Shown: piece by piece, positions 11,006-20,953 of the stretch
Layout: every line of letters begins with the position of its first letter
Position numbering within the stretch: the stretch's first letter is position 1
Source: Nitrosopumilus sp.
GTDB lineage: Archaea > Thermoproteota > Nitrososphaeria > Nitrososphaerales > Nitrosopumilaceae
Direction: 5' to 3'
DNA length: 64,000 bases
Assembly: GCA_965205425.1 (NCBI GenBank)
Contig: CBDBGZ010000009.1
Location: 544,001-608,000, forward strand
The notes under the pieces: model-generated
Told to the model about the DNA's origin: nothing
Databases searched by the model: none
Seen by the model: only the letters and a program-made list of their open reading frames with translations
Made by a program: the position numbers and the translations under genes

Positions 11006-11841
11006 TGTAGCATTCTCTCAATAGATTTTATGTCAATGTTAGATTTAACAGTTTTTGACAATTTGTTTAGTTCATTATCAATTTTTGAAAGATTTTTTTT
11101 AGTCCATTGAATTTCTTTTGGCTTTGCATTAAGTGAGTCTTCTTCTGGTAAATCCAATGTCATTAAGGGAATTGTCCCCAATACAGGTATTTTTGTAATA
11201 TTTTTGAGTTTTTGAAATCCAGGTTTTAAAACTTCTAAATCTCCTCTGAATTTGTTAAACACAAAACCTTTTACAAGTTTTTGATATTTTTTTTCAATTA
11301 AAGCCATAGTTCCCACAAGATTGGCAAAAGATCCACCTTTGTCAATGTCTGAAACTAATATTACAGAAGCATTAGCCTTATGAGCAATTTTCATATTTGC
11401 AATATCATATTTTTGTAAATTTATTTCAGCAGGGGAACCAGCACCTTCTAAAATTACTAAATCGTTATTTTTCTGTAATTTTTTTAGAGATTTTGTTGCA
11501 ATTTTGATTCCTTCACGATTTACAAATTTTTCATAGTATTCTTTTGCATGCATTTTCTTGTATCGTTTACCATTAAGATAGACAATACTATTGTAATTAC
11601 CAGTAGGCTTGAGTAAAATTGGATTGAGATCAGGAGTAATTTCACATCTTGAACCCATAGCCTGGATAGCTTGAGCACGAGATATCTCAAATTTGGGCGT
11701 AACATATCCAAAATTGGACATGTTTTGAGATTTGAAAGGTGCTACACGATAACCTTTGTCAGAAAAAATTCTACATAGTGCAGCTACCAATGTTGTTTTA
11801 CCTGCTCCAGATGAGGTACCCTGAATCATTAATGATTTCAT
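11002..11841 (-). CDS. cobQ: Cobyric acid synthase, short form without the glutaminase domain
   Basis: QGTSSGAGKT, PFKSQNMS, EGAGSPAEINL, NKFRGD and LPEEDS motifs; only 279 aa. Confidence 0.9.
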   Translation of the reverse strand: MKSLMIQGTSSGAGKTTLVAALCRIFSDKGYRVAPFKSQNMSNFGYVTPKFEISRAQAIQAMGSRCEITPDLNPILLKPTGNYNSIVYLNGKRYKKMHAKEYYEKFVNREGIKIATKSLKKLQKNNDLVILEGAGSPAEINLQKYDIANMKIAHKANASVILVSDIDKGGSFANLVGTMALIEKKYQKLVKGFVFNKFRGDLEVLKPGFQKLKNITKIPVLGTIPLMTLDLPEEDSLNAKPKEIQWTKKNLSKIDNELNKLSKTVKSNIDIKSIERMLQ

Positions 11842-12920
11842 TTAATATTCTCCAATGCTTTTACTAGTTTTAGATTATCCTTATGAGATTTAACAGCAAT
11901 ACGAATATGATGGTTGTTTAAACCTCTAAAATTTTTACAATCACGAATTAAAATTTTTTTTCCAAGTAATTTTTTTTGTAAATTTGTTGAATTTTTTTTT
12001 GTTTTAATTAGAATAAAATTTGTAGATGATTTATTGCAATCAAAACCATTTAATTTGCTAATTTTATTTGTTAAATAATTTAATTCTTTTTTGATTACTA
12101 AATTAGATTTTATAAGATGTGATTTATTATTAAGAGCAATGTTAGCTGCATCTTGAGCTAAGGAATTTACACTCCAGGGGATTTTAATTTTTTGTAATAT
12201 TGATATCATATGTTTTGATGATGCTGCATATCCAATACGTATTCCTGGTAATGCAAAAGATTTAGTTAATGAGCGTAAAACAAAAAGATTATCATATTTT
12301 TTAATATATGAAATTACAGATTCATTTGATTCTGGAACCATTTCAATAAAACATTCATCAACAAATACAATTGTAGAAAGTTTTTTTGCTTTTTTAATAA
12401 TTTGAAGTAATTGATTTTTTTCTAAAAGTTTTCCTGTGGGATTATTAGGATTGCAAATGAAAATACATCCATTTTTTGGAATCTTTGAAATAAATTGATC
12501 AAGATTTTCTGATAGATTCATTGTTTTAAAATATGAAATTTGGCAATTGTTTAGTTTAGCTGCTGTTTCATATTCTTGGAAGGTCGGAATTGGAATCAAA
12601 ATCTTAGTTTTTTTAGATAAAAATGCATAGCAGAAATTATAGATTATTTCAATTGCACCATTTCCAACCAAAAGATTTGATTTTTCTAAATGAGTGTATT
12701 TTTTTAGGCTCGAAATAACTGATGATGAACTATAATCAGGATAATTTTTGATATTATCAATATTTTTTGTAAGAATTTTTTTTACTGATGCTGGCGTTCC
12801 AATAGGGGAAATATTTGAGCTAAAATCAATAATGGTAGAATCAGTGCTTTGATCGAGATTTTTTCCACCATGAATTACAGGAATATGTCTAGTGATAGAG
12901 GATTTTGTTCGTATTTTCAC
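11838..12920 (-). CDS. cobD: L-threonine-O-3-phosphate decarboxylase (class I/II PLP enzyme)
   Basis: HGG, DFSSNISP, NPNNPTG, DECF and SLTKSFALPGIRIGY motifs; heads the cob cluster. Confidence 0.85.
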   Translation of the reverse strand: MKIRTKSSITRHIPVIHGGKNLDQSTDSTIIDFSSNISPIGTPASVKKILTKNIDNIKNYPDYSSSSVISSLKKYTHLEKSNLLVGNGAIEIIYNFCYAFLSKKTKILIPIPTFQEYETAAKLNNCQISYFKTMNLSENLDQFISKIPKNGCIFICNPNNPTGKLLEKNQLLQIIKKAKKLSTIVFVDECFIEMVPESNESVISYIKKYDNLFVLRSLTKSFALPGIRIGYAASSKHMISILQKIKIPWSVNSLAQDAANIALNNKSHLIKSNLVIKKELNYLTNKISKLNGFDCNKSSTNFILIKTKKNSTNLQKKLLGKKILIRDCKNFRGLNNHHIRIAVKSHKDNLKLVKALENIK

Positions 12921-13002
12921 AGTTCCAAATAGAATTCGCCGATTTAGTATGTTGTGGTAATTCAGAAAACGATTATTAATTGAAGGCGATCATAATTGAA
13001 TT

Positions 13003-14079
13003 ATGGATAAAAAAAGAGTAGCAATAATCGGGGTTACAGGTTCTGTAGGCCAGGAATTTGTACAGTCATTAAATAACCATCCATGGTTTGAAGTGACCCA
13101 AATTGCTGCATCTGAACGTTCAGCAGGGAAAAATTATCTTGATGCAATAAAGGATGCAAGTGGAATAGTAGCATGGGATGTAGGTGGTGAAATTCCAGAA
13201 TATATTAAAAAAATGACAGTAAAAAAAATTGATGAATTAGATGTTTCTCAATTAGATTTGGTATTTTCAGCAGTTGAATCAGTAGCTGCTAGAGACATCG
13301 AAACCAAAATGGCAGCAGATTTACCAGTAGTTTCAACTAGTTCAGCTTATAGATATGAAGATGATGTACCAATTCTAATTCCAGGTATCAATGATGAACA
13401 AACAGCATTACTTGAAACTCAAAAGAAGAATAGGAATTGGAAAGGTTTTGTAGCCCCATTACCAAATTGTACTACAACAGGTTTAGCAATTACACTAAAA
13501 CCATTACTTGAAAAATATGGGGCAAAAAAAGTTATGATGACTTCCATGCAAGCAATCTCCGGAGGCGGTAAATCAGGAGTTTCAGCAATGGGAATTACGG
13601 ATAACATAATTCCATACATTCCAAAAGAAGAAGGAAAAGTAAGATTAGAAACAAGAAAAATTCTAGGTAAACTAGTAGATGGTAAAATTGAAGATGCAGA
13701 TATTAGAATCAGTTGTACTTGTACCAGAGTTCCAGTAATTGATGGACATACAGAATCAGTCTTTGTTGAAACTAGTAAAGAAATTAGTCCCGAAACAGCA
13801 AAAGAAACCTACGATGAATGTAACAAGAATATTTCAGTTGCAGGTTTACCATCAGCTCCAGAAAAATATTATGCATTTCATGAAGATCCTACTAGACCTC
13901 AACCAAGAATGGAAAGAACAGTTGGTGATGGAATGACTACAACAATTGGAAGAGTAGAGAAAGAAGAATTATTTGATAATGGTTTAAAATACATGCTGTT
14001 CTCACATAATAAAAAAATGGGTTCAGCTAAAGGTGCAGTATTGTTAGCAGAGATGCTATACAAAAAAGGCAAGATTTAG
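13003..14079 (+). CDS. asd: Aspartate-semialdehyde dehydrogenase
   Basis: GVTGSVGQ, PNCTT, QAISGGG and RVPVIDGH motifs. Confidence 0.95.
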   Translation: MDKKRVAIIGVTGSVGQEFVQSLNNHPWFEVTQIAASERSAGKNYLDAIKDASGIVAWDVGGEIPEYIKKMTVKKIDELDVSQLDLVFSAVESVAARDIETKMAADLPVVSTSSAYRYEDDVPILIPGINDEQTALLETQKKNRNWKGFVAPLPNCTTTGLAITLKPLLEKYGAKKVMMTSMQAISGGGKSGVSAMGITDNIIPYIPKEEGKVRLETRKILGKLVDGKIEDADIRISCTCTRVPVIDGHTESVFVETSKEISPETAKETYDECNKNISVAGLPSAPEKYYAFHEDPTRPQPRMERTVGDGMTTTIGRVEKEELFDNGLKYMLFSHNKKMGSAKGAVLLAEMLYKKGKI

Positions 14080-14150
14080 ATAATTTTTTGCAATTTTTAC
14101 AATAATAACTTTATAAGATCCAGAAATCTAGATCGTCTCAGGTGTTTTAG

Positions 14151-14618
14151 ACGGCTAAAGTAGACGACTTAGATTTACAAATTTTATCAGAATTATCCAA
14201 TGATGCTTCAATTTCAGTTCCTCGTTTATCAAAAAAAATCAATGTTAACTCCTCGGTAGTATATTCAAGAATCAAAAGATTAGTAAAAAGGAAATTGATT
14301 GAACGATTTACAATCGATGTTAATGATGTAGAACTTGGCTATAATGTTAAAGCATTAACTGGAATTAACATGGATACAAAAAAACGAGATCATATCATTG
14401 AGGAATTATTCAAAATTGATGGAGTAAGAGAAGTTGCCGAAGTTACAGGTAGGTTTGACATTCTAGTAACAATGTATTCAAAATCATTGGATCAAATGCA
14501 TAAAATGGTCTCTGAACGAATTGGTAGAATTGAAGGAATACAGTCTTCAGAGTCATTCATTGAAATGAAATCACGAATGAAAGCAATGCCATATATGCCA
14601 TCAAAGGATAGTGACTGA
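14151..14618 (+). CDS. Lrp/AsnC family regulator; full-length frame starts at an ACG codon
   Basis: Frame from 14151 reads (T)AKVDDLDLQILSEL..SVVYSRIKRL (HTH) into a RAM domain (EVTGRFDI); in-frame TAG at 14148. Confidence 0.88.
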   Translation, partial: TAKVDDLDLQILSELSNDASISVPRLSKKINVNSSVVYSRIKRLVKRKLIERFTIDVNDVELGYNVKALTGINMDTKKRDHIIEELFKIDGVREVAEVTGRFDILVTMYSKSLDQMHKMVSERIGRIEGIQSSESFIEMKSRMKAMPYMPSKDSD

Positions 14619-14620
14619 TA

Positions 14621-15550
14621 TTGCAAAAGCAAAAGTCAGAATCAAGAATAGCAGTATATTATGAATTAACAAAGCCAAAAATTTGGTATTTACTAGTTTT
14701 TACTGCATTTGGCGCTGCATTAACTGCATCCAATATTTACGACATTGAAATTTCTCCAGCAACATGGCTTCTAATGTTATTTTCAGTTGCAGCTGGATCT
14801 GCTGCTGCAAATACTTTGACAAATTATCACGATAGGGATATTGACGCAATAATGGAGCGAACAAAAGATAGACCTTTACCATCAAAACGAATCTATCCTG
14901 CGGTAAAAGCAAGGAATTTTGGATTAGCATTAGCAGGCATATCATTAGTTTTAGCATTTGGAATTTCATTTACTACTACATTAGAACAAGGTGCATGGGC
15001 AACTGCATTCATTGCATTTGGATTAGTTAACAATATTCTAATTTACTCATATGTGTTAAAACGAAATTCACGAACAAACATAATTTTAGGCGGATTATGT
15101 GGTGGTTCACCACCAATGATTGGATGGGTAGCTGTAAGTATGTCAGATTTATGGACTATGGGTTTAGCAATGGCAGGCCTTGTATTCATTTGGATTCCAA
15201 TGCATATTTGGGCATTAACATTACATTTCAAAGAAGATTATAACAAAGTAAATGTCCCAATGTTAACTGCAGTTCAGTCAGAAAAAACTTCTGCTAGAGC
15301 CATTGCATTATCAACAGTTGTAATGGTAGTATTTTCTCTAGCTCCATTCTTTATCACAACACAAGATGGTGAAGAAATGGTTGGTGCAGTATATCTTTGG
15401 ACAGCAATTGCATCAGGCGCATTAATGCTGGGATTATCTGTATGGGTAATGATTAAACCTATGGAAAAAGCTGCATGGACATTGTTTAAATTTTCTAGTC
15501 CATATTTGGCAGTGTTGTTTATTGCACTAATGGTTGATTCTGCATTATAA
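14621..15550 (+). CDS. ctaB: Protoheme IX farnesyltransferase (heme o synthase)
   Basis: ELTKP, DRDIDAIMERTKDRPLPS and WIPMHIWAL motifs. Confidence 0.95.
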   Translation: MQKQKSESRIAVYYELTKPKIWYLLVFTAFGAALTASNIYDIEISPATWLLMLFSVAAGSAAANTLTNYHDRDIDAIMERTKDRPLPSKRIYPAVKARNFGLALAGISLVLAFGISFTTTLEQGAWATAFIAFGLVNNILIYSYVLKRNSRTNIILGGLCGGSPPMIGWVAVSMSDLWTMGLAMAGLVFIWIPMHIWALTLHFKEDYNKVNVPMLTAVQSEKTSARAIALSTVVMVVFSLAPFFITTQDGEEMVGAVYLWTAIASGALMLGLSVWVMIKPMEKAAWTLFKFSSPYLAVLFIALMVDSAL

Positions 15551-15754
15551 CAAACTACCTTTATCATCTAAACTGTTAAGTTCTTTTGTAATTTCAGAAT
15601 GATTCTCTACTAAAGTTTTAAGTTGATTTTTTATTTCTTCAGAGTTCCAATCAGAAGAAATGAGAGCGGTTAATTTTGCCACAATTTCCCATTGGAAATT
15701 ATTTTGATCATCAATTAATTTTAAAAATCGCTTTCCTTTTTCATCATCATTCAT
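15545..15754 (-). CDS. Small hypothetical protein
   Basis: Helical ORF; ATG 15754 lies ~25 bp downstream of a TATA-like TTTTTAT. Confidence 0.65.
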   Translation of the reverse strand: MNDDEKGKRFLKLIDDQNNFQWEIVAKLTALISSDWNSEEIKNQLKTLVENHSEITKELNSLDDKGSLL

Positions 15755-15796
15755 AATTTTTTGACATAAAACAATCATAAAAAGTTAGCATTGGTA

Positions 15797-16942
15797 TAGT
15801 TTAGGCATATAAATTTTGAATAAACTGTCAAGTATTTTAACTCAAAAGATCTAGATCGTAGAATCAATTCATGAAACCATGTCAAAGAGTACAAGACAAT
15901 CCAAGGTTTCCTCTGGAAATCAATTCATGAAAGGTACAAGCATTAATTTTTTAAGAAAAGTATGCAAGAATGAAAAAAATGCAAAAGCAAAGATAAGATT
16001 AAAGGCTGCAATACTAAGAAAACAAAATATTCCGTATTCTGTGATATGTGCAAGTCTGGATGTCATACCATCAACTCTGTCCTACTGGCTAAATCGAATG
16101 GATGAAGAGGGAATATCTGCATCACACCGCAAGAAATATTCTGGTTCTAGATGTTTTCTAAATGAAAAACAGCTAGTATCATTAAGAAATGATCTGATTT
16201 CAGGTCCAGAAAAGTTTGGATTTAACCAATTCATGTGGAGTATAAGAATGGTAATTACACATGTGAATAAAAAATACAACACCCTATACTCTGCAAGAGG
16301 AATGCGTGAATTGCTGCACAGAATTGGATTCTCATCAAAAAAACCACGTCCCACACATCACAAATCAGCCTCAAAAGAGGAACAAACCCGTTTTAAAAAA
16401 ACGCAAAAAGGAGTATCAAAAAATATTCCAAATTGGGATACACCACACTATGTCTGGATGAGTCAACAAACAAGATAGCACCTAACATAAAGCGCGGATG
16501 GTATCTTGCAGGCAATAACATTACCACACCAATTAATTACACTCGAGAAAAATTTCAATCATTTGGTGCATTGGGGGATGACGGCGTATTTTTTTGTAGG
16601 TTCTATGATAAATCAAACACAGACTCATTTCTTGATTTCTTAAAATCCTTGCAGAAACAATTTGGTAAGAAACTGTTATTATTTGCAGACAATGCATCAT
16701 ACCACAAAAGTGTCAGAGTAAAAGAATTTCTCAAGGTATCAAAAAGAAATGTAATCATAAGATATTTTCCTGCATACACCCCAGAACTCAATCCAATTGA
16801 GGTACAGTGGAGAGAAGAGAAAAATGGTAATGCCAATACATTCTTTGCAAATGGAACTGAGATGAGAAAACACATGCAGAAGAGATTAGATAATGGAGAC
16901 GTTCGAGTTGTGAAATTATTCAAATATTTAATGCCTTAACTA
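15797..16942 (+). mobile_element. IS630-family insertion sequence, copy 2 (1146 bp)
   Basis: Same ends as copy 1; TA duplication at 15795-15796 and 16943-16944. Confidence 0.96.
15879..16939 (+). CDS. IS630 transposase (frameshifted ORF pair)
   Basis: Same motifs and slippery site as copy 1. Confidence 0.93.
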
Positions 16943-16992
16943 TAATTACATTATTTCAAAGTTTTATTAACAAATAATAGGAATTTTTCATA

Positions 16993-17148
16993 TTGCAGTG
17001 TAGTATTTCAGAATGTAAACAAAAAGCAATAGAGACAGTACAAATTAGTTTTAGAGAAACAAGAAATCTGTGTAAGGAACATTACAAACTATTTCGAAAT
17101 AAGGATAAGAAACACATCCCAAAATTCTCTAAAGCATCAAAATCTTAG
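16993..17148 (+). CDS. Small putative zinc-binding protein (51 aa), not in the ORF track
   Basis: TTG start; MQCSISECKQKA...NLCKEHYKLF (C-x4-C...C-x2-H); TATA-like TTTTATTAA ~25 bp upstream. Confidence 0.7.
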   Translation: MQCSISECKQKAIETVQISFRETRNLCKEHYKLFRNKDKKHIPKFSKASKS

Positions 17149-17219
17149 AAAAAATTAAAATGTTATTCAAATTATGAAATAATTGAAAGATTTAACATCT
17201 ACTATTTTCAAATAAAATT

Positions 17220-17711
17220 ATGGCAGCCAAGGAAAAAAATGCTTTAAAAAAAACAGTAAAGAAAACAACTTCTAAACCAAAAAAACAGGTTAAAGCTATA
17301 AAAAAACAAGGTAAAACTACATCAAAAAAACCAGAATTTGAAAAAGCTTGGAAAGATTACAATTCTGCTTTGAATGGCTGGAAAGAATCTCTTGCACAAT
17401 GGCAAAAAGCTACAAATGAAACTTTGATGACATATCACGATGCTTGTCAAAAAGCATTAGAATCTGATGCTGAACTATTAAAAAAAGTTAGTTCAAGTTG
17501 GGAAAATACATGGGAAGAGATTGGTCCCGAATATATCAAACAACAAACAAAGATGATGGAAAATATCTTTAAAGAAACAAACATTGAATCAATAAAAAAA
17601 TTCAATGGCCAATGGGAAAAATTTCTCAAAACCTCTGGTGATGATTCTATAGTAGCATATCAAGAAGCCATCAAAAAATTCAATCAGGCATGGCAATCAG
17701 GACAAATGTGA
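17220..17711 (+). CDS. Hypothetical protein: Lys-rich N-terminal tail plus Trp-periodic amphipathic helices
   Basis: ORF translation and composition. Confidence 0.75.
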   Translation: MAAKEKNALKKTVKKTTSKPKKQVKAIKKQGKTTSKKPEFEKAWKDYNSALNGWKESLAQWQKATNETLMTYHDACQKALESDAELLKKVSSSWENTWEEIGPEYIKQQTKMMENIFKETNIESIKKFNGQWEKFLKTSGDDSIVAYQEAIKKFNQAWQSGQM

Positions 17712-17733
17712 TTTATTCACAAAGATAAATTTT

Positions 17734-18834
17734 TTATTTTTTCATTTTTCCTATTCGAAAAACTTTATAGTTACACACAGAACAAAAACCCTTAATCGCA
17801 GATCTACCATTTTTCATAATAGTTTCTTTAGGATTTTTTATAATTCTTTTAGTTTTACATTTAACACAGTATGCTTCTTGTGAAACTGAATTATGAATTT
17901 TATTTTCAACCACATCTGAAGTACGAAGTTTATTTTCAATATTATCAAGTTTTTTATTTTGTTTTCGTAAAGTTTGAATTATTTCAACATCAACAGCCTC
18001 AAGTTTTTCAATTTCTTTTTCTAATTCTTTAACTTTAGAAAATTGTTCAGGAGTAGCTTCTTCTTCCTCGGATTCTGTAACTGGTTCAGGGAATTTTTGT
18101 TTTGATAGAACATTTTCTAAATCATCAATTTGTTGTTGTAATTCATTAAGTTGAGATAATTGTTCAGGAGTAGCTTCTTCTTCCTCGGATTCTGTAACTG
18201 GTTCAGGTGCAAGATCTAACTCTTGAGGTAGTTCTTCTGCAGATTCTTTTGGTAATGAACCTCTAGGACTAGAAGGTGGTTCTGATTCTGTAACTGGTTC
18301 AGGTGCAAGATCTAACTCTTGAGGTAGTTCTTCTGCAGATTCTTTTGGTAATGAACCTCTAGGACTAGAAGGTGGTTCTGATTCTGTAACTGGTTCAGGT
18401 GCAAGATCTAACTCTTGAGGTAGTTCTTCTGCAGATTCTTTTGGTAATGAACCTCTAGGACTAGAAGGTGGTTCTGATTCTGTAACTGGTTCAGGTTGTG
18501 ATTCTAATTTTTTAATTGAAACAGATTCTTCAAATTTAGACTCAGGCAAGTCTCCCAAATAATCTAATTTTACTTTGTTACCATCTATACGAAGATATGG
18601 ACTTCCTCCAATTGAGAAAGTTTCAAGTTTGTGTCCTTTTCTCCAGGAATTATTTCCACTATAGATTGTAATGTAAAATATTCCATTCTTAATATCGGAT
18701 GCAATTGTTAAACGATCAACTGGTTTGCCTGGAGTAATCCCTTTATCAGTATCTTGATGTCTTGTAGCTACTAAGATCAAATGTTCAGAATCATAGCTAA
18801 CTTCAGAAATTAAGTAGTCAGCCCATTTCTTCAT
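17734..18834 (-). CDS. Repeat protein: DUF3892-like N-terminus, acidic Pro-rich repeats, C-terminal zinc ribbon (DUF5679-like)
   Basis: KWADYLISEVSY start; 32-aa repeats; AYCVKCK...KNGR.AIKG.CSVC tail. Confidence 0.8.
   Translation of the reverse strand: MKKWADYLISEVSYDSEHLILVATRHQDTDKGITPGKPVDRLTIASDIKNGIFYITIYSGNNSWRKGHKLETFSIGGSPYLRIDGNKVKLDYLGDLPESKFEESVSIKKLESQPEPVTESEPPSSPRGSLPKESAEELPQELDLAPEPVTESEPPSSPRGSLPKESAEELPQELDLAPEPVTESEPPSSPRGSLPKESAEELPQELDLAPEPVTESEEEEATPEQLSQLNELQQQIDDLENVLSKQKFPEPVTESEEEEATPEQFSKVKELEKEIEKLEAVDVEIIQTLRKQNKKLDNIENKLRTSDVVENKIHNSVSQEAYCVKCKTKRIIKNPKETIMKNGRSAIKGFCSVCNYKVFRIGKMKK
18188..18496. repeat. Perfect coding tandem repeat, 96 bp x ~3.2
   Basis: Units start at 18188, 18284, 18380 and 18476; a further 50-bp direct repeat at 18041-18090 and 18158-18207. 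Confidence 0.97.
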
Positions 18835-18987
18835 TATAAAAAATAATAATTTACTTCTACTAATTAAGCGATGATTTTAACAAAACAAGATTATTAAAAA
18901 TTGGAATTTCAAGGATCAAATTGAGTAAAAACTTCTCAAAATAGGCACAAATAGGATTATAATTGGTGCAATTCCTTGAATAGTTGA

Positions 18988-19371
18988 ATGGAAATTTCTA
19001 TTGAACCATGGAAAAAATTGATTATTCATGAAGTTATTGAATATAAATTTGAAGATTGGGTAAAACAAATTGCATTTAGTACACGTTCTTCAGGTGGAGG
19101 AATCCCTACTATGCAGTGGACAAACGGTATCGTATTCTCTCCAGCAAATTTTCCAACAACTAATTCTACAGTAGACGAACAGTTGAAAGGAACATTACAT
19201 TGGTCTTCAGTATCATTTGCAATTAAAGATAAATTTGAAAAACAAATTGTTAAAGAAAATGCAACAATAAATTTAGTTGATGTAAGCGTAAATGAGATTT
19301 TTAAGGAATTAGCTACCAGTTTAAAAGCACAATCAAAATATGCATTTTCAGAATTTGAAAAATACCAATGA
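18988..19371 (+). CDS. Hypothetical protein
   Basis: 127-aa ORF with an ATGA overlap to the next gene. Confidence 0.75.
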   Translation: MEISIEPWKKLIIHEVIEYKFEDWVKQIAFSTRSSGGGIPTMQWTNGIVFSPANFPTTNSTVDEQLKGTLHWSSVSFAIKDKFEKQIVKENATINLVDVSVNEIFKELATSLKAQSKYAFSEFEKYQ

Positions 19372-20051
19372 ACATAGAAGAAGAAATAGAAAAGTGTGAA
19401 ATTTATCTACAACAAATTAAACAATATGATCCTGATCCGTTTTATGTAAAGCATTTTTTTAATCAATTTATTCTTTCAATTAATAACATTATTTCAGGAA
19501 TTTTTGAAGAAGCAAATAGAGATTTTGGATTATTTGCATCCCAACCAATTTCAGAACAAAATTTTAACGAAAAATCAAAATTGAAAAATGATGAAAGTGC
19601 GTTAGAATTTTCTACTTGGTTTTCATTAAAATTTATAGAAGAACATGAAAATCCATACCCTAATTCAATCAAAAAAATTTGTGATTTTAGAAAAAAATTT
19701 GAAAAATTACCTGAAATTAAAATCATGATTAGGGCTTCTGACAGATACAAAGATGACATTAATCAACAAATCAAAGTAAATCTTAATCATGATAAAATAC
19801 GTTCAAAGGAGGAATTAGAAATTGAGATTAGAAGACAGTTACCAATATTTTTAGAAATTATTAATCATAAAAGACGAGATAAAAATGAGCCTAAAATAGA
19901 AGAAAATCAAGTAATAGCATCTACATTTGTCGATATTGGAAGTAAAGGAGACATTGAAATTGTATATGCAGCAGAAATTTACATTCCAGTATTGAAACGA
20001 TTAGTAGAAGAATCGAGAGAGAAAATTCAAGAATTAACTAGAAATCAATAA
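19368..20051 (+). CDS. Hypothetical protein
   Basis: 227-aa ORF. Confidence 0.75.
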   Translation: MNIEEEIEKCEIYLQQIKQYDPDPFYVKHFFNQFILSINNIISGIFEEANRDFGLFASQPISEQNFNEKSKLKNDESALEFSTWFSLKFIEEHENPYPNSIKKICDFRKKFEKLPEIKIMIRASDRYKDDINQQIKVNLNHDKIRSKEELEIEIRRQLPIFLEIINHKRRDKNEPKIEENQVIASTFVDIGSKGDIEIVYAAEIYIPVLKRLVEESREKIQELTRNQ

Positions 20052-20055
20052 GATG

Positions 20056-20721
20056 TCAATCATCTAATCCAAAAATAGAATGTTCAGTTTTAATTTTGAT
20101 GATTGGTAAATATGAAAAACCATGATCAAAATTATCTGAGAATTCTGGATCTTGGCCTTGGTTTCCTTGATATTTTACAAAATGTTTAGTGGGTTCAGAC
20201 TCCAATTCAACATAATTGAAGTTATAGTATACTTCATCCATTTCTAGAGTTGTAATGTAACCCATTACCCAAGAATTTTTGTGAGGTACTGCATAAAGTG
20301 TTAGATTTTGTTCATCTGGGAATTCTGGATCATATGTTAATCTGGCTAAACTTCCTAGATCTTTTACTTTAATGGGGTGAAATTGATCTGAGAGTTTTTT
20401 GGATTTTATTGGGAGTGATGAAATTTCAGAATCCATGTGAACAATAGGTGCATAATGTGAATTAATTTTTGTGGAATCTACAATATCACAAATTTCTTTT
20501 CCAGAATTTACTTGATACGATACATATCTACCTAATTTTGGCATTGGGGCATAAAAAACCATCAAAGTATTTGCTAAAGTAATACTGCTTGAAACAATTC
20601 TAGAGCCATCTAGATCCTGCGAATAAACTCGTTTAGGGTATTCTTGTAATGCACATGCAAATCGGGCCAAATCATCAAAACTTGATAATTCTACAAAGCA
20701 TTCATTTTGAGTAATTGACAC
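20056..20721 (-). CDS. Hypothetical protein with an internal two-fold repeat
   Basis: 221-aa ORF; V.L.S..DLAR / I.V.D...LAR halves. Confidence 0.75.
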   Translation of the reverse strand: MSITQNECFVELSSFDDLARFACALQEYPKRVYSQDLDGSRIVSSSITLANTLMVFYAPMPKLGRYVSYQVNSGKEICDIVDSTKINSHYAPIVHMDSEISSLPIKSKKLSDQFHPIKVKDLGSLARLTYDPEFPDEQNLTLYAVPHKNSWVMGYITTLEMDEVYYNFNYVELESEPTKHFVKYQGNQGQDPEFSDNFDHGFSYLPIIKIKTEHSIFGLDD

Positions 20722-20737
20722 AAAAATTGTTAATTCA

Positions 20738-20944
20738 TCATATTTTTATTCTTTCCACATTGTGACGATTTTTTCTATCAAAATATTCCATAATGAAATG
20801 GAAAATGATTAACTTTCCAAAAACAACTAATGAAATTAAAGATAGAATATACTCATCAAGATAATACAAATAACTAGTAACGCCTATTGCAGTCATTATT
20901 TCAATTGCAGTACAAGAACAAAAAAAGAGAAGTTTTTCTCTCAA
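20738..20944 (-). CDS. Small membrane protein
   Basis: 68 aa with two hydrophobic segments; co-oriented with neighbours. Confidence 0.55.
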   Translation of the reverse strand: MREKLLFFCSCTAIEIMTAIGVTSYLYYLDEYILSLISLVVFGKLIIFHFIMEYFDRKNRHNVERIKI

Positions 20945-20953
20945 TTCAACAAT

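Noticed and set aside
18188..18496. Tandem repeats as a CRISPR array
   Set aside because: No unique spacers; the 96-bp units are in-frame coding repeats; no cas genes in the window.
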